Source: an uncultured Acidimicrobiaceae bacterium (GTDB lineage: Bacteria; Actinomycetota; Acidimicrobiia; Acidimicrobiales; Palsa-688). From it: 64,000 nt of DNA. Numbering within the stretch: the first letter of the stretch is position 1; every line of letters starts with the position of its first letter. The stretch spans positions 466,444 through 530,443 of the forward strand of contig CAWGNA010000008.1 of the NCBI GenBank assembly GCA_963823855.1, given 5' to 3'. Positions 37,677 to 48,380 of this stretch are shown here, piece by piece. Under the pieces are notes generated by a model. It had not been told where the DNA came from. It ran no database searches and saw nothing but the letters and a program-made list of their open reading frames with translations. The position numbers and the translations under genes are program-made.

Positions 37677-37838
37677 GTCTAAGGGCCTAGCGCTCGACGC
37701 CGAAAACCCGGGAAGGCCGAGGCGCACGACCGGAGGCTGCGCGCAGGGCCGACAAGTTTAGGACAATGGGGCCGGCCGGAGTCTCCCGGCCAGAGCCTGG
37801 CCTGCTAGCGGTCGGTTAGAACGTCCTGGCTGCCAGTT

Positions 37839-39166
37839 TCAGGCTCCGCTCATCGACATTTCGGCAATCGCCACCGTCATCCCCCCGGCATGGGACGGCA
37901 GCCACTCGAGGTCGTTGCCAACTGCGACCACCCCCAGCAGCATTCGCTGGATGCTCGACGCGATCGTGATCTCCCTGACCGGGTCGGCCAGCTGGCCGTC
38001 GCGCACTAACAGGCCCTCGGCCCCGACCGAGAAGTCCCCGCTCACCGCGTTCACGCCCGAATGCAGCCCGGTCACAGACTGCACCAAGACGCCCTCACCC
38101 ACCTCTCCGAGTATCTGTTCGGGGCTCAAGTCCCCAGGCACCAGGTAGACAGCGCGGGTGCCGACGCCCGGCGCGCTCTTGTACCCGGCCCGGACAGCGC
38201 TTGCCGTTGATGAGGTCCCGGCGCGGCGAGCCGAAGTGCTGTCATAGAGAAAGCTCCGGAGAACACCGCCTTCGATCATGGTGTTGCGTCGGCACGCCAG
38301 ACCCTCGTCGTCGAAGGCGGCGGCGCCCCACGCCGCTGGCTCTGTCGGGTCGTCCACCAGGGTGAACCCGGGCGCGGCCACCGCCTCGCCCAGCCGATCG
38401 GAGAACAACGATATGCCCTTCAGCACTCTCTCCCCGCTCAACACCGAGCCGAGCAGGCCCAGCAGTTGGGCGCTGACCCGAGGCTCGAAGACTGCTGTCA
38501 GGCGGGCAGAGCGAGGCTTCTTGGCCCCGAGCATCCTGGCGGCGCGAGTTACCGCGTCGTCAACCGCCTTGGAAGGCACCAGATCGGACGGCGACCGGCC
38601 GACGGTGTAACCATTCGCGATCTGGCTCTCCGTACCCTCGCCGGCGACGGCGAGCGCCGACAGGTAGCAGGCCGTAGAACGGTCCTCCGCCGCGACCCCG
38701 AGCGTGCTCACCAGGGCCATCTCAACCGAGGAGTCGCCCCAGTTGGCAGTTTCTACTTTGCGGACCCGGGGGTCTCGGGCGAGCACCGCCCGCTCGAGTT
38801 CGAGGGCGGCGTCCACCTTCTGCTGCGTCGGGCAGCCGGCCAGCTCCTCACGCCACAGGTCCAGGCCCGCCGGGGTGGTGCCGTCTGGTACGGGCAGGCC
38901 AACCCACGTCTCCGCGGTCGTGAACTCGGCGTTGCTCGCGCGCCTCGTCCAGGGTCTCGCTTGAGCACGTGTTCTTCGAGCGACCCGGCGTACGCAAAGC
39001 CCTGCCGCCCGCCGGACACCACCCTGACGCCGGCGCCAGCCGACGTAGCCGACGAAAGCGACTCGACTTCGCCTTCGTAAACGCGGATCTGGGTCCCAGT
39101 ACCTCTTGACAGGTAGACCTCCACGTCTTCGCCCTCACGAGACCATCCGGCCACCCGGGTCGCCAA
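37839..39166 (-). pseudogene. pmbA: PmbA/TldE metalloprotease subunit, frame broken around 38930-38960
   Basis: N-terminal ORF 38753..39166 (VYLSRGTGTQIRVYEGEVESLSSATSAGAGVRVVSGGRQGFAYAGSL). The remainder is in ORF 37839..38816 and its upstream open frame (ASNAEFTTAETWVGLPVPDG...). It follows tldD with a 15-nt gap. Confidence 0.8.
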
Positions 39167-39181
39167 GCTCGGCCAACTCGC

Positions 39182-40600
39182 TCAAGCTGCCGTCCCGCCG
39201 ATTGTCAGCGCCCGCACTCTCAAGGTCGGTTGGCCCATACCTACCGGGACACCCTGGCCCTGCTTGCCGCAGGTGCCCGGCCACCCCATCGAAAAGTCGT
39301 TGCCGATCACATCGATGTCTCGCAGCACCTGAGGCCCGTTACCAATGAGGTTCGCGTCCCTGATCGGTTCGGTGAGCCGGCCGTCTTCGATCAAGTAGGC
39401 CTCTGTCATACCGAACACGAAATCTCCCGTAGTGGTGTTGACCTGGCCCCCGCCGAGCTTGGCCACATAGACGCCACGCGGGGTCTGGCGGACAATTTCC
39501 TCGGGGTCCTCTTCGCCGTTCACGAGGAACGTGTTGGTCATGCGGACCATGGGCAGGTGCTTGTAGCTCTCGCGCCTGCCGTTCGTCGACATCGGCCGGC
39601 CCTCCTTGCGAGCACGCAACCAGTCCCACATGTAGTCGGTCAGGACCCCGTTCTCGATGAGGACGTTGCGTGAGGTCGGGTGGCCCTCGTCATCAATGGC
39701 CAGCGCGCCCCACTCGTGGCTCATAGTGCCGTCGTCAACCAGCGTCACCAGAGAGCTGGCCACCTCCTCACCGACGCGTCCAGTGAAGACCGACGTCGCT
39801 TTGGCGATGTGGTCGGCTTCGAGCCCGTGCCCGCAAGCTTCGTGAAAGAGCACCCCTCCGCTCCCTGACTTGATCACTACGGGCATCGTGCCAGAGGGCG
39901 CGGGCCTCGCCCGTAACTTCAAGAGGGCACGCTCCCCGGCGGAACGGGCCAGCGCTTCGACGTTTTGACGGTCGAACATCTCGAACCCCATGGTCGCCCC
40001 GACCGACTCGCCTCCGGTCTGCATGCCCGTATCACCATTGGCTACCGCGGAAACAGCGAAGCGGACCCGGACCTGGTCGTCTGCTACGAAGACCCCTTCG
40101 GAGTTCGCCACCAGCACCTGGCGACGGCCATCCCGGTAGTTGGCGTTCACTTGCCTTATGGCGCCGCCGGCGGCCCGGGCGGCGTCGTCCGCCTTGCGCA
40201 GGAGGTCCACTTTGTCGGCCTTCGCCACGCTGGCAGGCAGGATTTCGGTGGGCGAGGGGCTTGGTGTGTGAGACCTCGACAGCGCCACCTCGCGCCTGCC
40301 ACCCCCTCCGCCCCGAGCGGCGGCAGATGCGGCCTCAGCGGCGGCCAACAGGCCCCGTTCGGTGAGATCGGCAGTGTGCGCAAACCCGGTCGTATTGCCC
40401 ACCACGACACGGATCCCGGCCCCCCGCTCCCAGCCCGAACTGATGTCTTCGACCCGTCCGTCGTCCAGGGCAAGTACCGAGCCCCGCCTGTCCTCGGCGA
40501 ACACCTCTGCGAACTCACCGCCAGTGGCCAGGGCTTGTTGTAGCGCCCGGGTGACTACGGCTTCATCAATTAGCGTGTCAGCGCCCTGGGTGACAGTCAC
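39182..40600 (-). CDS. tldD: TldD metalloprotease
   Basis: 472-aa ORF with HEACGHGLEADH zinc motif and GGQVNTTTGDFVFG. Confidence 0.9.
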   Translation of the reverse strand: MTVTQGADTLIDEAVVTRALQQALATGGEFAEVFAEDRRGSVLALDDGRVEDISSGWERGAGIRVVVGNTTGFAHTADLTERGLLAAAEAASAAARGGGGGRREVALSRSHTPSPSPTEILPASVAKADKVDLLRKADDAARAAGGAIRQVNANYRDGRRQVLVANSEGVFVADDQVRVRFAVSAVANGDTGMQTGGESVGATMGFEMFDRQNVEALARSAGERALLKLRARPAPSGTMPVVIKSGSGGVLFHEACGHGLEADHIAKATSVFTGRVGEEVASSLVTLVDDGTMSHEWGALAIDDEGHPTSRNVLIENGVLTDYMWDWLRARKEGRPMSTNGRRESYKHLPMVRMTNTFLVNGEEDPEEIVRQTPRGVYVAKLGGGQVNTTTGDFVFGMTEAYLIEDGRLTEPIRDANLIGNGPQVLRDIDVIGNDFSMGWPGTCGKQGQGVPVGMGQPTLRVRALTIGGTAA

Positions 40601-40697
40601 GGCGACTCAGGCTACAGTCAATGGGCTACTGTCAATGGGCACGGTGTGGCCCCGACGTCTGGGGGTGCTCTAGCCCGGCAGGAGGTACGGTTTAGGG

Positions 40698-42539
40698 ATG
40701 CTCCTCGAGAGGATCAACGGCCCGAGCGACCTGCGTCGGCTCGATTACGAGCAACTGACAGCGTTGGCCGCCGAAATCCGCGAGTTCATCGTGCAGGCCG
40801 TCTCCTCGGCCAACTCCGGGCATCTTGGGAGCAACCTCGGGGTCGTGGAGCTGACGCTGGCGATGCACAGGGTGTTCAGTTCGCCCCGTGACTACCTCAT
40901 CTGGGACACCGGTCACCAGGCCTACGTGCACAAGATCGTGACAGGCCGGCGGGAGATGTTCACCACACTGCGCCAGGCGGAGGGCCTCTCCGGCTACCCC
41001 TCACAAGCGGAGTCCGTGCACGACTGGGTCGAGAACAGCCACGCCTCGACCGCCCTGTGCTACGCCCACGGTCTCGCCGCGGCCGTAAAACGGAGCAGCA
41101 ACCCGAGCCGCCACGTGGTCGCGGTCGTCGGCGACGGCGCCCTCACCGGAGGCATGACATATGAGGGCCTCAACAATTTGGGCCACAGCGGTTCCCGGGT
41201 GATCGTGATATTGAACGACAATGGGCGTTCTTACGCACCAACTGTTTCCCGGCTCTCCGAAAGCCTCACCCGGTTGCGCCTCCACCCGGGGGTCAGCTCC
41301 GCCAGGCGGCGCCTCGAAACTGCTGTACGGGAGCTGCCACACGTCGGGAGCTTGGCGTATTCGAGCCTGCAGGGCTTCTACTCTGCGGTTAGAGAAGTCA
41401 TCGAGCCGCCGGCGTTTTTCGAAACGCTGGGCGTTCGCTACGTCGGGCCCCTCGATGGTCACGATATTGCCGGGATGGAACAGGCTTTTGGTCAAGCCGC
41501 GGCGCACGACGGGCCGATAGTTGTGCACGTCCTGACCCAAAAGGGTCGAGGCTACACGCCGGCCCTGGAGGACGAGGAGAGATGTCTACACGACGCCGGT
41601 TCGTTCGACCCCGCTACCGGGCCCACTGAATCCTCCCGAGCGCTCAAGGGTTACACGCTCGCCTTTAGCGACGCAATGGTGGAAATAGGTGCGCGTCGAG
41701 AGGACGTCGTCGCACTAACCGCCGCCATGCCCGGGCCGACCGGCTTGCTCCCCTTCGAACAACGGTGGCCTGATCGCTTTTTCGACGTCGGGATCGCCGA
41801 ACAGGCAGCCGTGACTTCCGCCGCCGGTATGGCGATGGGCGGGCTGAGGCCGGTCGTAGCTGTTTATTCGACTTTTTTCAGCCGGGCTTTCGACCAGGCG
41901 AACCTGGACGTCGGCCTCCACGGCCTTCCAGTTGTTTTTGCCCTCGACCGGGCCGGGATAACCGGGGACGACGGCCCGAGCCACCACGGGATCCTGGACA
42001 TGGCCCTGTGCCTCAAGATCCCTGGGATGACCATTTTTGCACCCTCATCAGCACAAGAACTGAATGTCATGCTGAGCTCGGCTCTCGAACTGTCCGGCCC
42101 GGCCGTAGTGCGCTACCCCAAGACTGCCGCCCGTCAGGTGAGCCCGGACCAGGTCGGCAGCGGCCTTTCGGCCCGCCTCGTGCGCACCGGGGACGGATCC
42201 GTCTGCATCCTGGCGGTGGGCAAAATGGTCGAAGCCGCCGAGGAAGCCGCGGTCCTTCTCGCCGACGAGGGCGTCGAGCCCACCTTGTGGGACGTCCGGG
42301 TTGTACGCCCGCTCGACCCGGTCATGGTGGCTGACGCCGGAGAGCACAATTTCGTGGTAACCGTGGAAGACGGCATTCGCAATGGGGGCGCAGGCAACTT
42401 CATGGCGGACGCTATTGCCGATTTGAAGGCCAACCGCCAGAGCCCCCCGGTGCTGAGCCTGGGAGTGCCGACGGCGTACATCGCTCACGCCAAGGCAGAC
42501 CGGGTACTCGGCCAGCTTGGGCTTGACGGGCCGGAATAG
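40698..42539 (+). CDS. dxs: 1-deoxy-D-xylulose-5-phosphate synthase
   Basis: 613-aa ORF with GHLGSNLGVVELTLAMH, WDTGHQAYVHKI, GDGALTGGMTYEGLNN and IAEQAAV motifs. Confidence 0.95.
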   Translation: MLLERINGPSDLRRLDYEQLTALAAEIREFIVQAVSSANSGHLGSNLGVVELTLAMHRVFSSPRDYLIWDTGHQAYVHKIVTGRREMFTTLRQAEGLSGYPSQAESVHDWVENSHASTALCYAHGLAAAVKRSSNPSRHVVAVVGDGALTGGMTYEGLNNLGHSGSRVIVILNDNGRSYAPTVSRLSESLTRLRLHPGVSSARRRLETAVRELPHVGSLAYSSLQGFYSAVREVIEPPAFFETLGVRYVGPLDGHDIAGMEQAFGQAAAHDGPIVVHVLTQKGRGYTPALEDEERCLHDAGSFDPATGPTESSRALKGYTLAFSDAMVEIGARREDVVALTAAMPGPTGLLPFEQRWPDRFFDVGIAEQAAVTSAAGMAMGGLRPVVAVYSTFFSRAFDQANLDVGLHGLPVVFALDRAGITGDDGPSHHGILDMALCLKIPGMTIFAPSSAQELNVMLSSALELSGPAVVRYPKTAARQVSPDQVGSGLSARLVRTGDGSVCILAVGKMVEAAEEAAVLLADEGVEPTLWDVRVVRPLDPVMVADAGEHNFVVTVEDGIRNGGAGNFMADAIADLKANRQSPPVLSLGVPTAYIAHAKADRVLGQLGLDGPE

Positions 42540-42760
42540 CGGCGTCGATATTCAAAGCCATCGAGCCTGGGCCCGAGCCTGTTGGGGCGGGGGAACTGCG
42601 AGCGGCTGATCTCGGGGTCGGGACGAGGGCCCGGACCGGGACCGGGACCGGGTTCGGGACCGCTTCGGCCGTCGAAGCTGGAATCGGCACCGCTGAGGTG
42701 CCGGGGGCGACGGTTGCGGGGCGGGAGATGCCAGCTATCGACGTGGCCGTTGCCGAGATA

Positions 42761-42949
42761 GAGATGGCCGGCGCCGAGATGGCCGGCGCCGAGAGGCGAG
42801 AAGAGATGGCCGAGATAGAGATGGCCGAGATAGAGATGGCCGAGATAGAGATGGCCGAGATAGAGATGGCTGGGGTTGAAATGACAGGCGCCGAGAACGG
42901 CAACGGCGGCGCCGAGAACGGCAACGGCGGCGCCGAGAACGGCAACGGC
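42761..42949 (+). repeat. Three adjacent tandem-repeat families (15 bp x2, 15 bp x4, 21 bp x3) downstream of dxs
   Basis: gagatggccggcgcc x2 (42761-42790). gagatagagatggcc x4 (42812-42870). ggcgccgagaacggcaacggc x3 (42887-42949). Confidence 0.9.
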
Positions 42950-43354
42950 GGCGCAGGCTCGGACGAGCACCTGACTGTCGAAGTCGACACGGCCCGACTC
43001 GGCTAGGGGCGGCGGCTCGAGCCGCCGTCGTCCCGTTTTTGTCGCCTGCGATTGCAGGGTAATTGGCTTTCTTGGCGCAAAACGGTGAATTGGGTTGCTT
43101 TTCGCGCCCCTTTTGACCCGCCACTACAACGAGTTACGGCGGGCGCACCGAGAAGGCGCTGTGGACGTCGCCGGCCGGGCGGGGACCGACGCGTTTACAC
43201 CGCCGCCAGGGCCGCTCGCTTCGCGCTCCCCCACGGTGCAACCCCTGTCGCTCGCGCCGGCACAGGCGCCCAGCCACTGGAAGCCTCTGGAAGCCGCTGG
43301 CCGCTATCGTGCCACCGGCTTGAGCATGCACGGCGAGATCACCTCTTGTGCTAT

Positions 43355-43409
43355 GAAAAGGGGTGAAGTATGTTGTTGTAGCAGCAAGTGCTTGAACTTC
43401 CCCTTTTTC
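43355..43409 (+). other. Low-GC hairpin with a U-tract just upstream of the next ORF (attenuator, terminator or sRNA 3' end?)
   Basis: Stem gaaaaggggtgaagt / acttcccctttttc (one bulge), 26-nt loop, T5 run. It ends 27 nt before the ATG at 43437. Confidence 0.35.
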
Positions 43410-43436
43410 GACGTCAGTCACGGCCGGGAGGTCCAC

Positions 43437-44147
43437 ATGCGCCCGCAACTCTTGTTCGCCCCTGAAATCCTGCACGTCCGGCACTGGCCCGACGAGGTCA
43501 TCGACCATCTTGGCTGGGATCCCCGGTCGAGCTATGTGGAGGACTACTGGCTTGGGATCCTGGGGCCGTCCACAACATGGCTTCTCCGTCGGTTGGCTGC
43601 AGGCTTCGACTACAGCCCAGAGGGCTTTGACCTCGACCTTGGTGAGACGGCTCGCTCGCTCGGGCTGGGCGACAGGAGCGGAAGGCACTCGCCGTTCATC
43701 CGTTCCATTAACCGCACCGTACAGTTCGGCCTTGCGCAGCTCTCAGGCCCGGCCGAGCTGTCAGTGCGACGTCGAGTCCCGCCACTCAACCGAGCTCAGC
43801 TGAGCCGCCTCTCGCCAGCTTTGCGGGCCCGTCACGCGGCCTGGCAGGAGGAGCAGTCGCGGCTGCCTGCGGGCGAACTGCAACTTCGCCGCGCCCGCCA
43901 ACTCGCCCTGTCTCTGCTCGAACTGGGCGACGGTTACGACTCGGCAGAGCGCCAACTCCTCCGCTGGCGTTACCCTTCGGCGCTAGCGCGAGAGGCCGTG
44001 GCGTGGGCCGGAGCCCAGATGAGGTCGGGGCCGCTGGACGATCCCGGTGCTGAGACGGGCGCCGCGATGCAGGAGCGAGCTGGCGAACCCAGCACTTGCA
44101 CGACCATGTGGCATGCAAAAACGTCAGCGGGAGCGGCCACGGCATAA
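43437..44147 (+). CDS. Hypothetical protein (start trimmed to the ATG at 43437)
   Basis: Protein-like region MRPQLLFAPEILHVRHWPDEVIDHLGWDPRSSYVEDYWLGILGPSTTWLLRRLA... No family recognised. The upstream 114 codons of ORF 43095.. look non-coding. Confidence 0.5.
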   Translation: MRPQLLFAPEILHVRHWPDEVIDHLGWDPRSSYVEDYWLGILGPSTTWLLRRLAAGFDYSPEGFDLDLGETARSLGLGDRSGRHSPFIRSINRTVQFGLAQLSGPAELSVRRRVPPLNRAQLSRLSPALRARHAAWQEEQSRLPAGELQLRRARQLALSLLELGDGYDSAERQLLRWRYPSALAREAVAWAGAQMRSGPLDDPGAETGAAMQERAGEPSTCTTMWHAKTSAGAATA

Positions 44148-44200
44148 CGGCCAGCCAAGCCCCGGCATTAACGGCGACGGCTAGATGACGACCGCGCCGA

Positions 44201-45259
44201 TTGACCCGTCGAACTAACATGACGCTCGCCAACCAACTGCACGGAGGTGGCACCACCGTTTCAGAACCCGATCGCGCCATCACAGCCCGGCCCCAAGGCA
44301 GGGTCGTCCGCTCGGCAACTGGCGTCAGCACCTGGACCTGGGAGATCGAGGGACCTCCAGGTGCTCCCGCTGTGCTTTTGCTGCACGGCTGGATGGCGAC
44401 TGCGGCACTCAACTGGTACGGTTCCCTCGATTTCCTCGGTCGTTCCTTCAACGTCATAGCGCCAAATTTGCGCGGGCACGGCAGACAGGGCCGCGGTGCA
44501 CCACCGTTCAGCGTCGAGGCATGTGCGGACGACCTCGCCGCGCTTATTAGCGAGCTTTCGATCGGACGAGCCATCGTGGTCGGCTATTCGATGGGTGGGG
44601 CAATCGCACAAATGCTGGCGAGGCGGCACAGGGATGCAGTACATGGTCTGGTGCTCTGCGCCACAGCAGCGTCATTCGCCAGGAGGCTGAAACTCCGCCC
44701 AGCGGTGCGCGTGGTCGGGAGGTTTAGCGCGGGCGCAGCCCGAAAATGGCCCGACGCCGCACACCACTTTTTGGACTGGCGGATCGCTCGCCACGATCGT
44801 CTGGTCGAAAAACGGCGCCAGCAGGACAACAAGCAGCTCACTGTTTCGGGCCTGGGCGGGCTTCATGCGATCGGCGACGGCCTGGCCCGGGAAGTGGTTG
44901 GCGACGAAGTCACGGCCGTCGAGCCCTCCTTTGAACGAGAAGTCATGGAAGGTAGGCCGGATTGGGCCTTCGAAGAACGGGCCATGTCTGACCTGGCGGC
45001 CTTTATCGAGGCAGGAGCAGAGCTCAATGCGTACGACAGCAGTTCGTGGTTGCCGGAGCTGGAGCTACCCGCCGCGGTCCTCGTGACCGCCCGCGATCAG
45101 GTAGTGGCACCGTGGCGCCAGGATGCTATGGCCGCGCTGATCCCCGGCGCCCGCCGTTATGTAGTCGACGCTGGGCACGACGCTGTGGTTGCACATCCTG
45201 GAGTTTTCCTTCCCGTCCTCCGCGACGCGTGCGCAGATCTCGCCAAGTTATCGTCCTGA
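44201..45259 (+). CDS. Alpha/beta hydrolase
   Basis: 352-aa ORF with LLLHGWMATAALNW and the nucleophile elbow VGYSMGG, plus C-terminal DAGHDAVVAHP. Start 44201 (TTG) or 44219 (ATG). Confidence 0.8.
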   Translation: MTRRTNMTLANQLHGGGTTVSEPDRAITARPQGRVVRSATGVSTWTWEIEGPPGAPAVLLLHGWMATAALNWYGSLDFLGRSFNVIAPNLRGHGRQGRGAPPFSVEACADDLAALISELSIGRAIVVGYSMGGAIAQMLARRHRDAVHGLVLCATAASFARRLKLRPAVRVVGRFSAGAARKWPDAAHHFLDWRIARHDRLVEKRRQQDNKQLTVSGLGGLHAIGDGLAREVVGDEVTAVEPSFEREVMEGRPDWAFEERAMSDLAAFIEAGAELNAYDSSSWLPELELPAAVLVTARDQVVAPWRQDAMAALIPGARRYVVDAGHDAVVAHPGVFLPVLRDACADLAKLSS

Positions 45260-45394
45260 TCGCGCGCGCCCTGTGCGATTACACCCCAAATACCGAACAG
45301 AAGTGCGGGTCGCCGACGCACAAGTATTAGGCCACCGACAAGGCCCTCACTGACGGCGCGGATGGTCGTTTTGCACCGGGCACGCCTGCGGTAA

Positions 45395-46051
45395 TTAATT
45401 GAGCGCTGAGGACACTTCGAGAGCGGCCCGGACGACCAGGGAGGCATAGCGTTGGCCGGGCGATCTCGATGTTCGCTCTATCGGGCCCGACACTGAGACA
45501 GCGGCCACTACCCGGTCATCAAGGTAGACAGGAGCGCTAACTGATGCCACGCCAAGCTCGCGCTCCTCGACGCTTTCGCACCAGCCTCTCTTCAGTGTGC
45601 CGGGGTCGCCGGCGAGCACGTGCCCGGCCGAGCCTTTGTCCATCGGCAGTGAGGCCCCCACCACCACGATCGTCCGCAGGCTATGTGGTGATTCGAGGGA
45701 AACGATGCAAACTCGTCGTTCGCCCTCAGCCACGAATACCTGCACACTTTCACCGGTGAGTTCTCGGAGCCGCTCGAGTGCGGGTGCCGCCGCTTCGGCG
45801 AGACCGCGGCGGCGCTGGCCCGCCAGCCGGCCCAGCTCTACGAGCCGCCCACCCAGCCGGTACGTGCCGTCCGGGCCCTTGTCGACGAGCCGGTACGCGG
45901 CGAGGGCCGTTGCCAGCCGGTACACGGTAGCTCGCGGGATCCCTGTAGCCGAGACCAGGCCGGCAAGGGTCAAGGGCCCCGCCGACGCCAAGCTGTCCAG
46001 CACCGAAACGGCCTTGCCTAGCGAAGCAGCGCCTTGTAGGCTGTCTCCCAT
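45395..46051 (-). CDS. IclR family transcriptional regulator (LtbR-like, divergent from leuCD)
   Basis: Trimmed to the ATG at 46051 (218 aa). HTH LTLAGLVSATGIPRATVYRLATALAAYRLV and an IclR effector domain (ESVQVFVAEGERRVCIVSLESPHSLR). Confidence 0.85.
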   Translation of the reverse strand: MGDSLQGAASLGKAVSVLDSLASAGPLTLAGLVSATGIPRATVYRLATALAAYRLVDKGPDGTYRLGGRLVELGRLAGQRRRGLAEAAAPALERLRELTGESVQVFVAEGERRVCIVSLESPHSLRTIVVVGASLPMDKGSAGHVLAGDPGTLKRGWCESVEERELGVASVSAPVYLDDRVVAAVSVSGPIERTSRSPGQRYASLVVRAALEVSSALN

Positions 46052-46127
46052 AGCGAGATGATATCCCACTATGTGAGACACACTGTGTGAGACACGCAGA
46101 GACGTACTGTGCTGAAGGAGGCCCGCA

Positions 46128-47543
46128 ATGAGCACTGCTGGCACGCCGGCCACGATGGCGGAAAAAGTCTGGCAACGCCACGTCGTCCGCGCCCAATCTG
46201 GAGAGCCTGACCTCCTGTACATAGATCTCCATTTGGTCCACGAGGTCACCTCACCGCAAGCGTTCGACGGGCTTCGGCTAGCGGGAAGAAGCGTGCGCCG
46301 CCCCGACCTGACGGTAGCCACGATGGACCACAACGTGCCGACGACAGCGCTCGACAAGCCCCTGAGCGACCCAATTTCAGCCCGCCAGATCGAAGTCCTC
46401 GCTACCAATTGTGCCGAGTTCGGCATCCGGTTGTTCCCGATGGGCGACGTCAACCAGGGCATCGTCCACATCATCGGGCCCGAACTTGGCCTTACACAGC
46501 CGGGCATGGTTGTCGTATGCGGCGACAGCCACACCTCTACCCACGGCGCTTTTGGCGCACTGGCCTTCGGTATTGGCACGAGTGAGGTGGAGCACGTGCT
46601 CGCAACTCAAACGCTCCCCCAGGCACGGCCAAAGACAATGGCCGTCACGGTCGAGGGAAAAACGCCAGCGGCAGTAACTGCCAAAGACATAGTGCTCGCC
46701 ATAATCGGGCGCATCGGTACGGGCGGCGGGATCGGGCACGTGATCGAATATCGCGGTTCGGCGATCAGTTCCCTTTCCATGGAAGGACGGATGACCCTCT
46801 GTAATATGTCAATAGAGGCGGGTGCCAGGGCGGGAATGGTGGCGCCAGACGACACGACTTTTTCCTACATCGAGGGACGACAATTCGCTCCGAAGGGAAA
46901 GAAATGGGAAACTGCGCTCGATTACTGGCAGTCGCTCGTGACCGACGAGGGTGCCGTATTTGACAAACAGGTCCACATTGAAGCAGACCAGTTGGCTCCG
47001 CACGTTACCTGGGGCACAAACCCGGGGCACGTAGTCCGCCTCGACCAAGTAGTGCCCAACCCCGACAACTTCGCTGAGCCGGCTGCCCGGGAGTCTGGTC
47101 AGCGTGCCCTGACCTATATGGGCCTCAAGGCCGGCACGCCGATGAGGGAGATCAAGGTCGATACGGTTTTTATCGGATCCTGTACTAACTCGCGGATAGA
47201 GGACCTTCGCGCCGCCGCCGCAGTGCTAGAGGGGAGGACGGTGGCGGCTGGCTTGCGGGCTCTGGTCGTGCCCGGGTCCGCTCAGGTCAAAGTGCAGGCA
47301 GAGAGCGAGGGATTGGACGCTATTTTTAGCCAGGCGGGCTTCGAATGGCGGAACCCAGGGTGCTCCATGTGCCTGGCGATGAACCCTGACAAGCTCTCTC
47401 CGGGAGAGCGCTGTGCCTCTACTTCCAACCGCAATTTCGAGGGTCGCCAGGGCAGGGGCGGGAGGACCCACCTGGTCTCGCCTGCAGTTGCCGCAGCCAC
47501 CGCTATCACTGGCCACCTCGCGTCTCCGGAGGACCTTCAATGA
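46128..47543 (+). CDS. leuC: 3-isopropylmalate dehydratase large subunit
   Basis: 471-aa ORF with the aconitase-family motifs VCGDSHT, GSCTNSR and CSMCLAMN. Confidence 0.95.
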   Translation: MSTAGTPATMAEKVWQRHVVRAQSGEPDLLYIDLHLVHEVTSPQAFDGLRLAGRSVRRPDLTVATMDHNVPTTALDKPLSDPISARQIEVLATNCAEFGIRLFPMGDVNQGIVHIIGPELGLTQPGMVVVCGDSHTSTHGAFGALAFGIGTSEVEHVLATQTLPQARPKTMAVTVEGKTPAAVTAKDIVLAIIGRIGTGGGIGHVIEYRGSAISSLSMEGRMTLCNMSIEAGARAGMVAPDDTTFSYIEGRQFAPKGKKWETALDYWQSLVTDEGAVFDKQVHIEADQLAPHVTWGTNPGHVVRLDQVVPNPDNFAEPAARESGQRALTYMGLKAGTPMREIKVDTVFIGSCTNSRIEDLRAAAAVLEGRTVAAGLRALVVPGSAQVKVQAESEGLDAIFSQAGFEWRNPGCSMCLAMNPDKLSPGERCASTSNRNFEGRQGRGGRTHLVSPAVAAATAITGHLASPEDLQ

Positions 47544-48136
47544 AACCAATACGGGTCATCACGGGCACGGCCGTTCCCCTGGACCGCAGCGACGTGGACA
47601 CCGACCAGATCATCCCGGCCACCTGGCTGAAACGGGTGGAGCGGACGGGGTTCGGGCAGGGCTTGTTCTCTGAGTGGCGCGATGACAGGGACTTCGTGTT
47701 CAACAAGCCCCAGTATGCGGGCGCCACAATATTGGTCGCTGGTGCCAATTTCGGGATCGGCTCGTCGCGCGAGCACGCCGTCTGGGCGCTCATGGACTAC
47801 GGCTTCGAAGCAGTGATTTCGCCGCGGTTCGGCGACATCTTCCGCAACAACTCCACCAAGGCCGGCCTCCTGCCGATCGAGGTGAGCCCTGAGGTTGGCG
47901 TGGCATTGTTGAAGGCGGTCACCGAGGACCCGTCCCTCGAGATAACGGTCGACCTCGAGCGGCTCCGACTGGAAGCGCCCGCGGCTGGCATCGAGGCCAA
48001 CTTCCCCCTCGATGCGTTCACTCAGCACCGGCTGCTGGAGGGCCTGGACGACATCGGCCTGACCTTGCGGTCTGCCGATGCGATAGCCGAGTTCGAGGCA
48101 GGCCGGCCGTCCTGGCTCCCGACGCTAACTACCTAG
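47540..48136 (+). CDS. leuD: 3-isopropylmalate dehydratase small subunit
   Basis: 198-aa ORF with [21 protein letters not shown] overlap with leuC. Confidence 0.95.
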   Translation: MKPIRVITGTAVPLDRSDVDTDQIIPATWLKRVERTGFGQGLFSEWRDDRDFVFNKPQYAGATILVAGANFGIGSSREHAVWALMDYGFEAVISPRFGDIFRNNSTKAGLLPIEVSPEVGVALLKAVTEDPSLEITVDLERLRLEAPAAGIEANFPLDAFTQHRLLEGLDDIGLTLRSADAIAEFEAGRPSWLPTLTT

Positions 48137-48200
48137 CGGCCACGAGCAAGCTCTGGTCTCCGGCACCGCCATGGCAGCGAAGCTGGTATGCTGACCGACC

Positions 48201-48277
48201 AGCGGGGTGGAGCAGTCAGGTAGCTCGTTGGGCTCATAACCCAGAGGTCGCTGGTTCAAATCCAGCCCCCGCCACCA
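48201..48277 (+). tRNA. tRNA-fMet(CAT): Initiator-type tRNA-Met (anticodon CAT), CCA encoded
   Basis: 77 nt: AGCGGGG TG GAGC..GCTC, anticodon arm TTGGG-CTCATAA-CCCAG with three consecutive G:C pairs next to the loop, an unpaired 1:72 position (A/C), T arm GCTGG-TTCAAAT-CCAGC. Closely resembles the E. coli tRNA-fMet layout. Confidence 0.9.
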
Positions 48278-48293
48278 CAAAAGCCCTGGTTAG

Positions 48294-48325
48294 AGCCCTC
48301 CCGCTCGGGAGGGCTTTCTCTTTTG
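48294..48325 (+). terminator. Rho-independent terminator after tRNA-fMet
   Basis: Stem agccctccc / gggagggct, loop gctc, followed by ttctcttttg. Confidence 0.65.
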
Positions 48326-48380
48326 TCCAAGCCATCCCTACCGGCATCCCTACTTTCGTCCAAAGCCACCCGCTAGCGTT

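Noticed and set aside
1626-42949. CRISPR array among the tandem repeats (1626-1730, 14612-14701, 42761-42949, 53453-53528)
   Set aside because: All are head-to-tail repeats without unique spacers. The units are 15-38 bp with no repeat-spacer periodicity, and no cas genes are present.
42412-43006. ORFs 42412..42990 (-) and 42698..43006 (+) across the tandem repeats
   Set aside because: The minus ORF overlaps the dxs 3' end, and both are almost pure repeat translation. They are kept only as a repeat feature. The plus-strand EIEMA/GAENGNG peptide cannot be excluded but has no supporting signal.
45395-46579. 394-aa version of the IclR ORF
   Set aside because: The N-terminal 176 codons run antisense through the leuC 5' region and are Pro/Arg/Trp-rich. 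The ATG at 46051 gives a normal 218-aa IclR protein and a normal divergent promoter.
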